A stretch of DNA of 64,000 bases from Chrysomallon squamiferum (lineage: Eukaryota > Animalia > Mollusca). The notes below the pieces were generated by a model, which saw nothing but the letters and a program-made list of their open reading frames with translations, was not told the DNA's origin and searched no databases. Positions within the stretch are counted from its first letter, which is position 1; every line of letters begins with the position of its first letter. A program made the position numbers and the translations under genes. The stretch is taken from NCBI GenBank assembly GCA_012295275.1, contig CM022667.1, positions 4,030,001 to 4,094,000 on the forward strand. Reading direction: 5' to 3'. Positions 40,621 through 57,990 of this stretch are shown here, piece after piece.

Positions 40621-42665
40621 TATTTTGAGGAAACTTTTGCCTGAGGCAGTAACAACAACAACAAAAATAATAACAATAATAATGAAATAATAATATTGAT
40701 AATGATAATAACACTAATAATGATGACAATATAATAATAATAATAATAATAATACTGATAATCATAATAATGATAATGAAATAAAGTACTGATGATGATA
40801 ATGATAACAATAACAATAATAATAATAATGAAATAATAATAACAATAACAATAACACTAATAATAATCCCCACATATTTTAAGGAAACTTTTTGCCTGAT
40901 GCAGTAACAACAACAACAACAACAACAAATGTGTATTCAGATGACATTTTTCCTGTAGGCAGTAATAACTGCAGTTTCAATTCTCTTTGATAGAAATCTC
41001 CCATTCCAACCACAACTCTATGGTTTATCATTGTCATTGTATGTTTGTTATTAAAAACTATAACAGCTATAGTGTAATGATACACTTGCTTCATGTGTCA
41101 AATATAATTTCTTATTCATCGTATGTAACAATGATGAAGTATGATATGGTATAACATAAAATACATATATGTAATTTTTCATTTATCACCAACATATCAT
41201 GATAAACAGCATAATAACAAATAACCCATTATATGCAGTATTCATTGATACAACAATATGCACTGCTTTAAGTAGCACTGAATATATATACAATATATAT
41301 CTCAACATGTAACGTGTGATATGTAACTTTTATACAATATGTATCACATTGCCTTATGGCTGGAAAGAGGACTGATAGGCTTTTAGCCAATGGATATCTT
41401 AAATTGTATTTGTTATTTTTATGTCTTCTTTTTATTTATTTATTTAGTTTATTATTATTATTTTTTTTTTTGTTATTTTCAGATTTAAGTTTGTATTACT
41501 TAATTTCAATAAATATTAACAGTGAAATATCAAATCTGTCAAACCTTCTAATTTCACACATTAGAAAATATTTGGCAGTTTGTCCATTTGTCTGTTAGGT
41601 TAAATGAATGACTGGGAATCTCTTACCTTGCGTGTATTTCTGTGGAACCATTGTTGTACTTGCTGCCTCTCTCCCACATACCAAAGTCTGGTGTCCTGTA
41701 CACTCTCTCCACGTAGAACACAAGATTCTGAATGAACTTCACCTCGTCAGAGGAAAATATTATCTAAAAATAAATAAATTTATAAATCATATAACTTAAC
41801 AAATAATTTGAGATTAATAAGGTTTTAAAATATGTATTTCTAATTTTAAAATATATTTGAAAATAAAATGAAATAACAAAAAAGAAAAGTGGAGATAAAT
41901 AATGAAATATGTACACATACAAATGTATGCACAGACAAAAACACACACACAATCATTTATTAAACCTAAGTTCACTGACGTATGTGAAAATAATAAAATT
42001 TACCTGAAGTCCTGAGCTAATCATCTGTACTAGGTAGATCAGATAGAAGGCTATGACATCAATCTAGACAAAAATAAAAATGTACATTATGAAATAAAAT
42101 AATTGTAAGTAAACACTGAGTTGGAGGAAAATAATAACATAATACTGATGATCATTTTTATTACATTCTTCTGACAAATCCCATATAGTATGTTTGAGAC
42201 ATTTTAATGTACCAAAAATGAAATATAGATTTAATATTTTTGTTTCTTTTAATCAATTTTTATTTAAAATCTTACTTTTACTGTACAAGCTAACCTGCAG
42301 AATAAATTCCTGAGTGAATTTCCTTTAACTAAGATTCTAATGTGAAAAGTATCTGATAAAATTGCTATGGTTACCTGTAGGTGATCATATTCTGAAGTCA
42401 AGTACATATAAAAAGAATGTGATAAAGTTACTATGGTTACCTGTAGGTGGTCCTATTCTGAGGTTGAGTACACAGGGTCACCTGTTGCTACATCAAACAC
42501 AGTGTGCAAAGCAAACTCTGGACTCTGATTTGATTTAAACTGCTCTACCTGTAAAAATACCTTTTATTTAATAACAACAGCTACAGCAATAATAATAATA
42601 ATAAAAGAAAGAATAAAATAATAATAAAGTAATAAATAAAGGTATAAGACTGAAAAGGTAATTAT

Positions 42666-42699
<34 letters not shown>

Positions 42700-43029
42700 C
42701 TATAAATACCTATACATGCATATATACAGTATCATTTAGAAACTATATATATATACACACATACATCTATAGATACACACACATATAGACATCTACAAAC
42801 ACCTATAGATTACATGCACATATATCTAAAGACACACACATATCTACAAATGCCTACAAACTATAAACAAGCACATCCAAGCATACAAGCATCTATAGAC
42901 TACATAAATACACGTCTACAAAAACATACAGACCACAAACACACACAGAGCTCACCTTTTCTGCTTGGCGAATCCAACAAAAAAGAATTCCTCTCATACA
43001 TTTCACAGCAATCTGTCCAAGCTCGTGAG

Positions 43030-43320
43030 TTTTACCTTGATCATCATCTATATGTCTACCAAATAAAATGTTATTAAAATATACCTATTTAACCTTGATT
43101 ATCTATCTATATATGTCTACAAAATAAAATAAATTAAAATATACCTATTTCTACTTTGATCATCTATCTATATATGTCTACAAAATAAAATATTATTAAA
43201 ATAAACCTATTTTTTTATCTTGACCATCGTCTACTGGTCTATAAAATTAAATTTTATTTAAATAAACCTAATTTCTACCTTGATCATTATCTATATGTCT
43301 ATAAAATAAAATATTAAAAT
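43030..43320 (-). repeat. Tandem array (5 x about 61 bp) of the PHKB exon-3 splice acceptor
   Basis: Repeated 'ttttgtag ACATATAGATGATGATCAAGGT'-like unit; 'gtcta' at 43054, 43115, 43176, 43237 and 43297. Confidence 0.8.
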
Positions 43321-44367
43321 AGCATTCATGATTTTCATTTATCTTGTAACAAGTGACTGCTGTAGCATTCATGATTTTCGCTTATCTTGTAACAAGTGAC
43401 TGCTGTAACATTCATAATTTATCACTTCTGTTGTAACAGACATTTCATCTATAGATTTACTATTTGATTTCTCATACACCAAGTTCTCGTAACATAATCA
43501 CCAACTTTTCAGTGATGTTTTTATCAATCACATTCTGGACTTGGGATTACTCAAAATCTACTTTCACAACAGTTCAGTTTGTTGGTGGTGATGTACATTG
43601 TTAATGAAGAGATCAAACATAAATATACCTGTAAGACTGACACAAAGCCCATGCAGCTACTGCACAGTAAATGCTGTCGCGGACGTAAGCAATCTTTGAT
43701 GGGTTGTTTGGCTTTCCACATGATGGAAACAGACCAAGAGGACAACTCTGATATTGTAGAATCTGACGTTTTACTGAATAATAAATAAAAGAGATTAATA
43801 AATATAAAATAAATAATAACAATAAATTATGAAGCAGCATTGAATTCGTATTATTTCAATATTTGCCTTCCTCAGTTCAACTGGATGTTCACTTCACAAT
43901 AAGCCCTGGTTATTATCATTATGTAGTAAAACAGAAATCGTAACTAATATTATCATTATCTTTTGTAAATCAGACTGTATTTTATTCCCAATATGCGTTT
44001 CCAGTGTAAATGAGTAATAAAGACTTACACACAAAATAAAAGTTGTCTAGTCTTTTGGCAACTTGTTCGGGGTAGGTCGAATCCTCATCAGTGGATCCTG
44101 TAAAGACACTGCTTCCGAGTCGGTTATCGATCCTGAACGCTAAGCCATGGTTACTCATGGTTATAATCACAATCCCACCATTTAGTTAGATATCAAAGTT
44201 AAATGAATCGGAATTCATAACTGGTATCAAAGATTGTAAATTTCTGCATCGACGACATTTGTTTTCCATCTCTCTAGAGTTATCTGTCTTGAAAACCTTG
44301 ACCTTCAAGTCATTAATCATTTGCATTGTCCAATATTTTGTCTTTGTATTTATTTATTTATTAATTA

Positions 44368-44453
<86 letters not shown>

Positions 44454-45245
44454 CAGCTGTGATTGGAAAATAACCTGTATTTTAATCCTGTTTAATATAC
44501 AATTATTTTTATTTCTCAAAGAAAAAAAAAAAAAAAAGAAAGAAAGAAAGAAAAGAAAAGAATAAAATAGAAAAAAATAACATTAAAAAGAAATAAGTAT
44601 ACGTTTAATACGGAACGAGATACATATTATACAGATACATACAGACATACAAAATTCACATACATATATACATAAGCAAACTATTTTACATAAACTGAAC
44701 ATTCACATTATTTGAATTGTTATTAGACGTTTATTTATTTATTTATTATATACTCGAGCTATGGTGTAATATGAAGAGAAAATGACAGGCAACTGAACAG
44801 TAACATTACTTAAATTGTGATTAGACTTTTGTTTATTTATTTATTTATATTCTCAGGCTATGGTATGACATGAAATTGGCAGACAAATGTACGCTATCAT
44901 TACTTGACCTGTCATTAGTCTGGTATTGTTCAAGCTCATTATGATGTGGAAAAGCAAAACGATTGTATTATATTTAAAAATTATTATTATTATTATTATT
45001 ATTATTATTTGTCTTCTTCTCTTTTATTTTTTTTAATTTTTTTTACAGATATCTGAAACAATGTCAAAAACCAACAAACTGCCCAAATCTGGTTTATGGT
45101 TTGGAAGAGCGAAGTTAAGATTGTATGAAAGACAAGTCTGTATAGGGTTTTTTGGCAATTACTCTTTCAATGTGAATTCGATGTTTTGCAGTTTTTTTTT
45201 GTCAGTTCTGCATCTCCTGGGGGCATCAGTGAAGAAAAATAGTGA

Positions 45246-45281
<36 letters not shown>

Positions 45282-45479
45282 TTATTTGTTATAAGTATGC
45301 TAACAATTTATCAGTGCTCTTAGTGATATTTACGTTTTAATACACTGATTAATTAACATATGATTGATTTACAAATAATTTATACCAAACCTCCACAAAT
45401 AATTCATTTATGCGGTTAAAGAAATTATTCTTTTGTATAATTCGTATATTGTTAGCATGTTTGATCAAATTTTAATGAA

Positions 45480-45862
45480 CACAATAAATTATGAAGCGGC
45501 ATTGAATTCGTATCATTTGCCTTTCTAATTTCAACTGAATGTTTACATCACAATAGTCACTGGGTATTATCACTAAAACAGAAGTCGTAACTAATATTGT
45601 CATTATCTTTTGTAATTTAGTGCAGCTGAAATTATCGGGGTAACTTTAGCATATATTTTAGGCTGTATTTTATTCCCTATATGCGTTTCCAGTATAAATG
45701 AGTAATAAAGACTTACACACAAAATAAAAGTCGTCAAGTCTTTTCCCAGTCGGTTCACGATCCTGAACGATAAGCCAGGGTTACTCATGGTTAATCTCTA
45801 GAGTTATCTATCTTGAAAACCTTGACCTTCCAGTCTTTAATAATATTCAAGTCAATTATATA

Positions 45863-45901
<39 letters not shown>

Positions 45902-45940
45902 CTGTGATTGGAAAATAAACTATATTTTAACCTTATAACA
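45480..45940 (-). pseudogene. PHKB: Additional internally deleted copy of PHKB exon 1 and flanks
   Basis: Duplicate of 43820-44490; MSNPGLSFRIVNRLG, then a deletion; donor retained at about 45716. Confidence 0.7.
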
Positions 45941-46007
45941 AAAACAAGAAAATAAAAAAATAATAATAATAAATAATAAATAAAAATACAAAATACAATT
46001 ATTATTA

Positions 46008-46039
<32 letters not shown>

Positions 46040-46687
46040 TTTATACAGTGTAGAAATATTATTGTTAATTCATTAGAAAGCGTCAGTATAAATTATATTA
46101 TATCGTTTATATACCATTTATAAAACAAACCACAAATAGCAAAGCAATAGTCAAAGATCGTGGAGGGTCTCTTATCAGAAATTCCAAAATACTAAAAGCT
46201 CCTAAATCCATACACAGATATTATTCTATGCATACAATTATGTATATATATATAAATTTATTAAAAGCTTCTTAAAAGAAATTCGTATTTAGACTTAGAC
46301 CCTATTTTCGGGCTATTCCTCATACAGAAAAATCAATACCGAGAACCATATGAACAGAGCTGCACCTCGAAAGACATACATGAATGAATGAATGAAATAG
46401 CCAATCAAAAATTACAGGCAAGCATTAAGACTACTGTGATTGGCTTAAAAAAGCGCAATCCAATGACAAAAAACACAGCCAATTAAAACTTACAGGAAGT
46501 ATTACGACTACTGTGATTGGTTAAAACATAATTGGCAAAGCTTCATACCTGATCTGGATCACTGGTTGGATACAAAGATATCGTGTATAAACATTTCATT
46601 AGTGAGACACCGTCTTTAAACAAGCATCAAACAAACAACCAGTTCGCAGTTTGAGCATATAAACAAGTTTTCTGTGAGAATAAAGAA

Positions 46688-47119
46688 ATGTATCCTAACA
46701 TCAAAAGTTTGTTACAAAACGAAGAAGGGGAACAGCGTGACTCAGTTCACAGTGGTTCAGGTGGCAGTAACGCGGGCACTGACGGGCCACTCATCAAACC
46801 AAACAGAAAGACAAATTTAGAAGGTTTTGTAAATCCTGTCAGAAAATGTACGCCAAGAAAAAAAAATGTGTTTGAAAAATGTGAGAAAGAAACAGAAACA
46901 GAAAAAGAGAAAAATAAATTCTGGATAAAGGTCATTCTGCTTTTTGCTGTCATCGACATTTTACTGATCATAGCTACAGGTCTGCTTTTCAACCCAAAAC
47001 GTGTGGAGTCACAACGTCAAACCGTTGTGCAATGGGACGACGACGTCTGCATTCCGTGCAAAGATGTTTATCTCACCGACGATGACAATATTAACAACAT
47101 CTACGACATCGTAGCAAAG
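46688..47119 (+). pseudogene. TNF-family ligand exon 1, orphan copy with a 60-nt in-frame deletion
   Basis: Cytosolic tail, TM (FWIKVILLFAVIDILLIIATGLLF) and CIPC stalk; lacks FDVREDGNTCCPGREKNLID; no exons 2-4 found before the next copy. Confidence 0.75.
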
Positions 47120-47137
47120 GTTTTTATTATTATTATT

Positions 47138-47170
<33 letters not shown>

Positions 47171-47326
47171 AAAACAAGATAGTTTATTTATAATAACAAG
47201 TGAAATAAGACACCATTTTCAAATATTAGTATTTAGGCGCAATGGTAACAATCTCAGACGTTTTACGTCATGTATGAACAAATATTTTTATTTTATTTTG
47301 TTATTTATTTATTTATTCCATTTTTT

Positions 47327-47357
<31 letters not shown>

Positions 47358-47967
47358 ATTTATCAAATTAGATTTAATTCCACATACAAAATAAACAAAA
47401 ACTCATTTAATGTCTGTGTGTATGTGTTTTTAATTACGGAAATTACATTAGTCATCATGATGTTTCTAGAACGAACTATTTCTCAAGTTTTGATATCTGC
47501 GTTCTAAAAATACATAGAGCATTTCCCATATTTTAATTATTATTCCGTATAAATGTAGAAGAACATATGTGTCATTCTAAGTCATTGTTATATTTCAGCC
47601 ATTGGAAATTTCAACTACATGGAGTTTCTTGTAACAATTTTAACTGTTTAGACAGTGTTATTTCTGAAAGATATTTATCAGTTTAGACTGTTATTTCTCA
47701 GTGTGACATATTTAACTGTTTAGATAGTGTTATTTCTCAGCGTGACATATTTAACTGTTTAGATATTATTTTATATAAAATAAAGAAATTATTGTTCTCT
47801 CTGATAGGTGCATGTTTTATTTTGACCAGTGAAACTTTCGACTACATGGAGTTGTTTGTAACAGTGCAGACGTCAGTGTTTAGAGACGAAAACAAAAAAG
47901 TTGATTTGACGACGTGAGAATCAGAACATTAAGTCTTTAAAAAAACTCAACTGACTTACTTACTTAC

Positions 47968-48019
<52 letters not shown>

Positions 48020-48675
48020 AAAACTCACATTATTTATAATGATATATATACATATAGACAGACAGATAGATAATTATGGTCTTCGTTGTTTTCTTTTCTT
48101 GATACGTACATTATTTACATTTCCACAGACGGGCAATAGAAAAAGAGAGTCTGAGAGCGTCTGTTGCTAAGAGAACGTCTGTTGCTAGGAGAACGTCTGT
48201 CGCTAGGAGAACGTCTGTCGCTAGGAGAACGTCTGTTGCTAGGAGAACTTGCACCAGAATTAACTAATAACAACAAAGAGTTTATTGTTTTCACTCATTT
48301 TCTACAAACAGCATTTTAAATTTAAATCCAGCAGATACACACATACAATATTATTTCTCACACTTACACATTTAGACACTGTTATTTGTTAGAGATATAT
48401 TTAACTGTTTAGACAGTGTTATTTCTCAGTAATATATTTAACTGTTTAGACAGTGATATTTGTTAGTGATATATTTAATTGTTTAGACAGTTATTTACAA
48501 CTGGGTTTTGAGCTAACAATCGCTATGACCTACACCAGAAACTGAAAGCTTATTTTTAGAAACAATAAAATCAATAAAAAAAATCAGACGGCTTCTCTGA
48601 AACCTTAATCATTATTGATTTTAGAGAAATGCAGATTATTTATTTCTTTATTTCTTTATGTATTTATTTATGCAT

Positions 48676-48710
<35 letters not shown>

Positions 48711-48902
48711 TTTTTCATCAAATATAATTTCCACACTGATGTGTCATCTGTTCTGCGATTCAGCGCGGCTGCCATATGTTACAATTATTATCTTTACAGG
48801 TAATTCCCCGATTTCCAGGGAAAGAAAATTGATTCGACATTCATCAGTTATTCACCAGTTTGTGTATCAAAGTAAGAACTGAGATAAAACAAAAGAAAAG
48901 AA

Positions 48903-52178
<3,276 letters not shown>

Positions 52179-52317
52179 TTTTCAAGTGGAGATTAATATC
52201 GATATTTAGATATACTTATCTGTGTTTGTTTATTTTAGAAAATTCGTGCTAACTTCCCTATTAAACTGTGCAATACAATTTAGTTTATACCTACTTGCAC
52301 AATTCGGTGGTTTTTTA

Positions 52318-52793
52318 AAATATCGTTAACATATTTATTATTTACCTATATAGCTTACTTTAATACCACCTAACATCTTGTAATTAACCTGCATGTATCA
52401 TTAATGTAAGTAAATATCGGTAACATATTTATTATTTACCTATATAGCTTACTTTAATACCATCTAACATCTTGTAATTAACCTGCATGTATCATTAATG
52501 TAAGTAAATATCGGTAACATATTTATTATTTACCTATATAGCTTACTTTAATACCACCTAACATCTTGTAATTAACCTGCATGTATCATTAATGTAAGTA
52601 AATATCGGTAACATATTTATTATTTAACTATATAGCTTACTTTAATACCATCTAACATCTTGTAATTAACCTGCATGTATCATTAATGTAAGTAAATATC
52701 GGTAACATATTTATTATTTACCTATATAGCTTACTTTAATACCACCTAACATCTTGTAATTAACCTGCATGTATCATTAACGTAAGTAAATAT
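52318..52793. repeat. 94-bp tandem repeat x5
   Basis: Units start at 52318, 52412, 52506, 52600 and 52694; near-identical. Confidence 0.95.
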
Positions 52794-52794
52794 G

Positions 52795-53017
52795 TTACCC
52801 ATTCATTTCTGCAAACAGAACCTCTCTTTGGTCTCATTTCAAAACCACCCCAATCTTAAATAAATATATCGTGGACTATCATGAAATTAGCAGAGCAAAT
52901 TCCTTTTGTCTTTCGCTAATGATTGTTAATTGCTAAGCGATTACTTTAATAAGACTACTGCTAACTATATTTAAATAACACATACTGTTAGGAATATTTG
53001 CAGAAATGAATGGGTAA
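52795..53017. mobile_element. MITE-like element with perfect 21-bp inverted ends
   Basis: TTACCCATTCATTTCTGCAAA (52795-52815) and TTTGCAGAAATGAATGGGTAA (52997-53017); possible TA TSD; no coding capacity. Confidence 0.7.
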
Positions 53018-54316
53018 TACACAGAGGACAAGACAAACTGAAGGAAACTGTGGGACTGAGGAGTTGTCGGTCATTGTCAGGCAGCTATGTTGGTAACTGT
53101 ATTTTGCTTTATCTTTGTTTAATTTCAAAGCAGGGACAAATTTGTATCCTGTTTCTGTATGCTCTGTTTGATATGTTGATCAATGCTATGTAACCTGTAT
53201 ATGCTCCATAGAGAGTTTAAGTTATGTGTATTTCTGTTATGGAAAATTAAAGAATTAGGAATTATAGTATTTCATTTAATGCCAGTTCCCACTTCAATAA
53301 TTAAGTAAATAAATGGCAATCCTATAAATCTATAAATCAATCACTCAATCAATCTATCTATCAATAAATGAGTGAATGAGTGAATGAATAAATAAGTAAG
53401 TAAATAAATAAAGGTAAGTAAATAAATGAATCTTGGGCCAAGTAGAAGTCACTCAGCTCAAACAAGAGTGGATAACACAATATTGTCTTACCACAGGCCC
53501 AGAAGATCTGAAACAACATCATCAACAACAACAACATTAATAACATAATATATTATTAACCAATAATAGTTTAAAAATAATAATAATAGTGGTACATCTG
53601 AAACATCATCATTGACAACAACAAATTAATAATAATAAATTAATCAATAATAGTTTTTTTTGTAAATAATAGTGGTAGATCTGAAACAACATCATCAACA
53701 ACAAGAACATTAATAATAATATATTAATCAATAATAGTTTTTTTCATAAATAATGGTTGTATATCAGTTTTGGAGGTAGTGGTAATGGTAATAGTAATAT
53801 TAGTAGTAATAACAGAAATATTAGTTGTTATAGAGGTAAAGTAATAGAAGCAGTATTGGTATTAAAGGTTGAAACAATACTAGTTCTAGTAGTAGTAATT
53901 ATAGTAACTGATAGTGGCAGTAATAGAATAGTAGAGTAGTAGTAGTAGTAGATTAGTAGGGGTAGTAGTAATTGAAGTAGTTTAGTAGAAGTAACACACA
54001 TAAAAACACACACACAAAAACACCACTAACTAAATATTTAATTATTAAAAAATAAAGTTTTTTCAAAAAAAAAAAATAAGATTTAAAATGAATAGAACAA
54101 AAATCATAAATATTTATCTTTTTTTGATTGCTACAATTATTAGTTAACTTTTGTTTTGCTAGAAGGTAAGTAAGCAAAAACTAATTAGCCAGTAAATATT
54201 TATTAGTTCATTTCATATACTGCTATATCATCAACCTGTTTGATTGCTCATTTTAAAATGGCAACCATGTCACTTCTGCAAGAATATTCTTTATTTAGAT
54301 TTAACTTTCTGCTTAC

Positions 54317-55686
54317 TTTAGAGTTGGACTCTCGAGGTAAAATGCTCTCAAAGATTGTCCTGTTTCGATTATGAGCGTCCACATCAACATAGATCACTGA
54401 CCAGGCAGCACCCTGCTCACCAAACAGATTAGCTCCATTGATAGCCTCTAGAGCTGCTTTTGCCATTCCAATAGAACTGAAACACAAGAAAAATAAAATA
54501 AAATCACTGATAGCCTCTAGAGCTGCTTTTGCAATAGAACTGAAACACAAGAAAAATAAAATAAAATCATTGATAGCCTCTAGAGCTGCTTTTGCAATAG
54601 AACTGAAACACAAGAAAAATAAAATAAAATCATTAATAGCCTCTAGAGCTGCCTATGCAATAGAACTGAATGTCACAGAATTCAGACTGCGTAACCAAAT
54701 TTGTTACTTCAGAGATCTGCTCCTTTTATTTTTAAGCGATGGAATTGAAATTGCAAAACTTCAATTGTTACTACAATCACATCCGCTCTTTTTATTGTTT
54801 CCGCTAATTTTTCAATGCATGGTTTTGTTATAAAGAGGCTAGCATTTTGGTAATTAAAAAGAGCAGAACAAAGTTAGAGCAGTAAGCGAGAGTGAAGGAA
54901 ACGGTCAAGACGAGAATTCAGTCAGGTGAGGAAAACCAATGTCTTTGAACGACGTTGTCTTCACAGATAAGTATGGTAAGTAGTTGTCTATTGGGTGTAA
55001 TGTGCAATTAACCGGTGTCAGTAACATTTATTATACCTAATGTTTTTTAGATTTTAATCGATCCTCCTGCAGATTCTTATTTTGTCTTGGTTCCCCATAT
55101 AACCTTTCTCGTATCATTAATCAAATTTACTTAAACATATGTTTTAGGATTGTATAATGTATTATTATCAAGTCACCTGTTTATCATAATTAAAGAATTA
55201 TCGTAAAACTTTAACTTTTGTTGTGTTTATTTCTCTAGTGGATAGATAGACTTACTGATTGATATAGATTGCTGTCAATTTAGCATTTATATTCCTTGTT
55301 CGGTGGCCATTAAAGCACCTTCCTATCTTATCCTAGGTTGAGCCTTAATAAAACATACAAGCTGTTTAAAGGTGTGAGTCCTGTGACAATTGCAGATTCA
55401 GTTCTCTTTGATGGAAATCTCCCATTCCAAACCAAAAGCAATCTCTGATGTGTTGTCTGCTCTTCCACATGATGGAAACAGACCAACTTCCCCAAGAGGA
55501 CAACTCTGATATTGTAGAATCTGACATTTTACTGAATGATAAATAAAAGAGATTAATAAATTAAAAAATATATATTAAATAAATAAATAATAAAATATAA
55601 ACAAATAATAAAATAAAATAAAATAAATATAAAATATAAATATATTCATTTTAAAAATATACAAATAATAAATTAATAGTTAATGA

Positions 55687-55731
<45 letters not shown>

Positions 55732-56103
55732 TTATTTGTTATAAGTATGCTAACAATTTTTTGCCTTTCTAAGTTCAACTGAATGTTTACATCACAATAG
55801 TCACTAGGTATTATTCTATTATCATTATGAAGTAAAACAGAAATCGTAATTAATATTGTCATTATCTTTTGTAAGTTATCAGCTGAAATTGTCGGGGTAA
55901 CTTTAGCATATATTTTAGGCTGTATTTTATTCCTCGTATGCGTTTCCAGTATAAATGAGTAATAAAGACTTACACACAAAATAAAAGTTGTCTAGTCTTT
56001 TGGCAACTTGTTCGGGGTAGGTCGAATCCTCATCAGTGGATCCTGTAAAGACACTGCTTCCGAGTCGGTTATCGATCCTGAACGCTAAGCCATTGTTACT
56101 CAT
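54317..56103 (-). pseudogene. PHKB: Second truncated PHKB copy (exon 1, part of exon 2, complete exon 7)
   Basis: Exon 1 56103-55974; exon 2 from 55531, truncated at about 55437; exons 3-6 deleted; exon 7 54476-54317 [53 protein letters not shown]; acceptor array 54435-54670. Confidence 0.85.
54671..55388. mobile_element. Probable solo LTR
   Basis: 718 bp absent from the paralogous PHKB copy. Ends TGTCACAG..CTGTGACA (TG..CA, 8-bp IR), internal TATAAA at about 54828 and AATAAA at about 55347; no TSD (adjacent deletion). Confidence 0.55.
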
Positions 56104-56303
56104 GGTTATAATCACAATCCCACCATTTAGTTAGATATCAAAGTTAAATGAATCTGAATTCATAACTGTGGTATCAAAGACTAAGTTTTTACATCGACAT
56201 TTGTTTTTGATTACTCCAGAGTTATCTGTCTTGAAAGCCTTGACCTTCCTTCTTCAATCATTTTCAAGTCAAATTATTATTATTTTTGTTTTAATTATTT
56301 ATT

Positions 56304-56399
<96 letters not shown>

Positions 56400-57339
56400 C
56401 CTGTGATTGGAAAATACACTATATTTTAACCCTGTTTAATATATTTTTATTTCTCAGAAAAAAAAAAAAAAAAAAAAAAAGTATAAAAATACAAAAATAC
56501 AAAATACAAAAATAGAAAAAAAAGAAGAAAAAAAGAGAAGATTACAAACATACAAACATACAAAATCCATAACAAATATACATATATACATAAGCAAAGT
56601 AATTACACAAACTGAACATTCACATCTTTGGAACTGTCCTCTGACGTTTATTTATTTATTTATTTATTCATATTCTCAGGCTATGGTATGACATGAAGTG
56701 AAATTGGTACGTTAACATTACTTCACCTATCATTAGCCTTTTATTGTTCAAGCCCATTATGACGCGTAAAACGTAAATTATTATTATTATTATTATTTGT
56801 CTATATCCCATATATAAAAATACGATAGTCAAAGATCGTACCGGTGGAGGATCCCTTATTCGAAATACCAGAATCCTAAAAGCTCCCAAATCCAATACAC
56901 AGACTTTATTTTATGCATAAAGTTATTAAAAGCTATTGAAAAGAAATTCGTATTCAGAGTCTAGTCAAGTCAAAAAAATTAACGTGCTAATCAGAGAAAG
57001 CTGTTGTGAAGCACGTCTACGACGGGCACGTTTTCTGACAGGTCAGTGGGCGTGTCCGTCGCAGACGTATTCAGACTCGGGTTATTTCCTTGTATAGCAA
57101 AACCCGAAACATGGGACAGTCCCAAGCTGCTCGACAAACTTGTTTATCCACGTGAATGAGTGAAATAGCCAATTAAAATTACAGGCAGCGTTAAGACTCC
57201 TGTGATTGGTCAAAAATACCTGGCAACGCGCCATATCTGAACAGTGTATGACATGTCACTAGAGAACATCAGACGACAGTTCGCAGTTTGTGTGTCTAAG
57301 CGATATACAAGTTTTCTGTGATTTAAAAAAAAAAAAAAA

Positions 57340-57990
57340 AAAAAAATCATGGAAAAAGAGGCAAATAAATTCTGGATAAAGGTCATCGACATTTTACTGA
57401 TGATATGCACAGCTCTGCTTTTCATTCCAAAACTTGTGGAGTCACAACGTCAAACCGTTGTACAATGAATGGAACGATGACGTCTGCATTCCGTGCAAAG
57501 ATAATTTCTCTCATCGACGATGACAAAATTGACAATATCTACGACTTCGACTTGAACAAAACCTGAACGACATCGTAAGAAAGGTTATTATTATTATTGT
57601 TGTTGTTGTTGTTGTTAAAACAAGAAATTACATCAGTCGTCATGAGCTCTCTAGAACAGAAAAGCTATGTTCTAAAAATACATATAGGACTTTCCGGGGG
57701 TTTTTTGTGGTTTTTTTTAATGTGTTATTATAGAAGAATATATGTCAAATAACCCCTCCTGCCCCAAAAAGTAAATGTTTAACCTCACCATCTTCAATTT
57801 GGTACGTGTCTGGGTTTGACATAGAAATTCTGTTTATTCGCAGTTTGCAGAAAAACAGCACTAACATAGCATAGCTATATATACTGTATATACCTACATA
57901 ATATCATATGTTACATTTTTCAGATTCTGAATTACGTTTTACTGGGGAGAATGACCGCTCAGCACATTTACGCAAAACTGACTGAAAGTT
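57340..57990 (+). pseudogene. Highly degraded TNF-family copy (exon 1-3 remnants)
   Basis: TM/stalk remnants with indels, exon-2 stub at 57844, exon-3 stub at 57924 (SELRFTGENDRSAHLRK). Confidence 0.75.

Larger units (their letters stand above)
40254..44158 (-). pseudogene. PHKB: Truncated phosphorylase kinase beta subunit (first 7 exons only)
   Basis: Exons 44158-44029, 43773-43629, 43055-42956, 42548-42441, 42063-42004, 41763-41627 and 40323-about 40254 encode [116 protein letters not shown]. In-frame TAG at 42455-42453, last exon internally deleted, no downstream exons found. Confidence 0.88.

Noticed and set aside
52318-52793. CRISPR-like array (also 40282-40555 and 17500-17885)
   Set aside because: Head-to-tail repeats with no unique spacers, no cas genes, eukaryotic context.
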